This document shows positions 56,427 through 59,290 of a stretch of 59,290 nucleotides of DNA, one piece after another. The position numbers were made by a program, and so were the translations under genes. This DNA comes from Rhizaria sp. SCN 62-66 (Eukaryota). Positions within the stretch are counted from its first letter, which is position 1. The number at the start of each line of letters is the position of its first letter. Below the pieces are notes generated by a model. It was given only the letters and a program-made list of their open reading frames with translations. It did no database searches and was not told the DNA's origin. The stretch is from positions 1 to 59,290 of the forward strand of contig MEDY01000162.1 of assembly GCA_001724265.1 (NCBI GenBank). The letters run 5' to 3'.

Positions 56427-58587
56427 TTAGAGGTGCGTGGCGTACTTGATGGCCTGCTTCATGCCCAGGTCGAGCATGATCTCGCTGGAGCCGGCGGGAA
56501 CCTTGTAGGCGACGAACTCGCGGTTGAGGCGCTCGACCTTGGAGCCGGAGCCGGTACGCGTGTAGCCCGCGCCGCCGAAGATCTGCACCGCCTCGCTCGC
56601 GCAAAACTGGAACATCGTCGTCGCCTGCGCCTTAAGCAGCGCGATGGGCCCGCCCAGGCGCACGACCTGCTCCGAGTACGGCAGCGTCTTCATCTGGTAG
56701 GTCACCAGCTCCAGCTGCGCCTGCGTCGCCTCGACCTAATGAACAGAACAAACAAAATGACAAAAAGCAACAAAATAGGCATATAAATGAGTGAAATAAC
56801 ACATGAACGTAAGAGAGTATGTAAATAGTCCAAATACATCAAGATTACGTGAAAAAATCATTCATGAGTCCATATTGTAAACATTAAAGCGTAAAAGAAA
56901 GCGGTGTTCTTTGTGTGAAAAGAAGCCGTACCTGACGGGCCATGTCGGCGAGCTTGGCGCGGATGACAGGGTGGTCGATGAGGCGCTTGCCGAAGGTCTT
57001 GCGCTTGAAGGCGTGCTTCATGGCCTCCTCGACGCAGACGCGGGCGAAGCGCACGCATTGGACGACGACGCCCCAGCGCTCGTGGTTGAAGTTGTACATG
57101 ATGCACTTAAAGCCCTCGTTCTCGACGCCGATAACGTTCTCCACGGGAACCTTGACGTCCTCAAACGTCACGTAGGTTGTGCCGCTGGCCCACACACCGC
57201 CGCACTTCATCTGCTGGCACTGGACGCCCGCGGACGCGCGGTCCACGAGCAGGAGCGAGATGCCGCCCATGCCGGGGCCGCCGGTGCGAACGGCCACTGT
57301 AAAGTAGTCGGCGAAGATGCCGTTGGTGATCCACTTCTTCTCGCCGTTGACGGTGTAGAACTTGCCGCAGGGCGTCTTGACGGCCGTGGTGCGGATGCCC
57401 GCCACGTCGGAGCCAGCGTAGGGCTCTGTGATGGCGAGGCAGATGACCTTCTCGCCGCGCAGGCATTCGCCAGCGACGCGGTCGCGCAGCGCCTTGCCCG
57501 CGAAGTGGAAGAGCGGCGGCATGCCGATCTGGAGGCCCTCCATGATGCCCCAGACGACGCCGCCGGAGCCGGTGCGCGAGAGCTCGTCGAGCAGGATGAG
57601 CTCGTGGAAGACGTCGAACTCGGCCGGGGTCACGCCGCCGATGATCTTGTCGCCGACGTACTCGGCGGGCCAGGGGGGGCCGATAACGCCCGCGAGCCAG
57701 CCCGCCTCGGCGCATTTCTTGTGGATGCCCTTGGGCAGCTGGCGGTTCTCGTCCCACTGGTGCACGTAGGGCATCAGCTCCGCGTCCACGAACGCGCGCA
57801 TAGCCGCGCGGAAGCGGCGGTGCGAGTCATTGTAGTAGGGCGAGTTCCAGCCCTGGTACCAGGCCGGGTCGCCGTAGGGCACGAGGTCGCCGAAGGTGCC
57901 CGCCTTGGCGTTCTTAGCGGCGATGGCGGCACGCGCCGTCTCGCGCTGGGAGACGGCGCCAGCGATAGAGCCGATGACCAGGCCCGTGTACTTGGGCAGC
58001 ACGTGCTCGCCGTGCAGACTGAAGAACGTCTCTGTGACATCCTGGCCCGCCAGGCGCGTGATCACACCCGCGCCACCGGGGCTGCGAGGCCGCGCGAAAA
58101 AGAACAGAAACGAAACGGAAGCAAAGTTGAAATGAGTTAACATCGGCGGAGCACTTCAGGGGGGTTGGGGAATGAGAAATCAAGTTGTACGAAGATGAAT
58201 GCAAAAATTTCGTGTTAACGTACTGGATGGCGGAGAACTTAGTGAGGTCGAAAACCTGAACGGTAAAGCAGGGCACGAAGTTGAAGAAAGTGCGGAACGA
58301 GTTGAAGCGAAGGGAAGTAGGGTGAGCGCTCAAGAAGGCCAAAACAAAGTACAAAGAGACATGATAGTCGCAACCAAGCGTGCTAAAGTGTGTCTGATAT
58401 TTAGGACTACATGGACATAAAGATGATATGCATGGAGATAAACATGGACAGAGGCAAGCATGAAGATAAGAAAGGAGCTGAAGAAGCGGTTCCGTACCTT
58501 GCCATCAATGATGACCCAGCAGTCGGCGGCGGTATTGTGCTTCGCAACTTCCTCGACGGTAAAAGTCTTAAGAACCTTTTGAGCCAT
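56427..58587 (-). CDS. Acyl-CoA dehydrogenase with N-terminal cytochrome b5 domain
   Basis: Exons 58587-58498, 58255-58224, 58081-56932, 56735-56427 (526 aa). b5: EEVAKHN...CWVIIDGK|VFDLTKF...HPGG. ACAD: CLAITEPYAGSDVA, NGEKKWITNG, FNHERW, QIFGGAGY. Stop TAA. Confidence 0.93.
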
Positions 58588-59071
58588 TGCAAACAAGTTT
58601 TGTCGCAAAAGACGAACAGTAGGTGTGTCTTCAAGACACTCAAAGTCGGCAGGTCGATCTGATGTGTGGGCCCAGTCGCCACTCACTGCCGCCGCTGCCG
58701 CATCCGGAAGCTGGACCGAAAAAAGCGTCCGCACCGCGACCGTGGAGGCTCGCAGCTTTCTTGAGTTGGCTTTCCGAAGGAAATACGATGTCATCTGGAC
58801 GTGTATGCGCGATGTAGATACTTTGAATAATTGTCAGGACTTCTGTTCTGTGGGAATGTATTATTGCGCATGGTGATTGGCCGCACCGTTGGCATAAGAA
58901 ACGCGACTTTGTGAAGCCAAGCGTCTTCATGCGCAACTCACATCGGGTTTGCTGCTTTCGTCCACGCTGTCTGGGCCTCCTCTACGTTTTTTACGTCTGT
59001 CTCTCTTTTGCCTTGACTCTTATATGTTTCTTGCATGTCCTTTTCTTTTGCCTTCTTTACCCGCTCTGCAG

Positions 59072-59290
59072 ATGGCGTCCAACAAGGTTGTCAAGGCTAA
59101 CGGCAAGGCCGTCTCCTCGTTCGAGGAGTCCGTCGCGAAGGCGATGGTTGAGCTCCAGGAGACCCCTGAGCTCGCGGGCCTCAAGGCCCTCCACTTCTGC
59201 GCGGCCAAGGAGGTCGAGGTCGCTGGCGGCAAGAAGGCTGCTATCGTCTTCACCCCCTACCGCCTCCACAAGAAGTTCCAGGCCCTCCAG
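59072..59290 (+). CDS. RPS7: 40S ribosomal protein S7 (eS7), partial: runs off the window
   Basis: MASNKVVKANGKAVSSFEESVAKAMVELQETPELAGLKALHFCAAKEVEVAGGKKAAIVFTPYRLHKKFQ. ATG is preceded by a pyrimidine tract and TGCAG acceptor. Confidence 0.92.
   Translation, partial: MASNKVVKANGKAVSSFEESVAKAMVELQETPELAGLKALHFCAAKEVEVAGGKKAAIVFTPYRLHKKFQALQ

Overview
Gene-dense nuclear DNA from a microbial eukaryote (protist; lineage not determinable here, weak SAR-like hints). GC-rich exons full of poly-Ala/Asn/Gln tracts alternate with AT-rich 130-242 nt introns and spacers. I can reconstruct 17 protein genes: PWP1, an MRH/EGF membrane receptor, two divergent secreted proteins, two degenerate cyclophilin-fold paralogs, a KH protein, a YtkD-like Nudix hydrolase, a membrane DnaJ protein, a Y-family DNA polymerase, CCDC93, a UPF1-like SF1 helicase, a cytochrome-b5/acyl-CoA dehydrogenase, RPS7 (partial) and three large low-complexity proteins. 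Main result: TAG behaves as a sense codon. Eight in-frame TAGs interrupt four otherwise intact genes, with no in-frame TAA/TGA and no frameshifts, while all 16 gene ends I can see are TAA or TGA. This points to a variant nuclear code in which UAG is uncoupled from UAA. The best-conserved site (polymerase DCFYAQV*R) suggests Glu, but Gln or Leu are not excluded. Also notable: a near-invariant GTACG splice donor, two tandem ~100-nt pre-miRNA-like hairpins with a compensatory change, and a shared MSA-like promoter element. All domain calls are motif recognition by eye; no searches were run.
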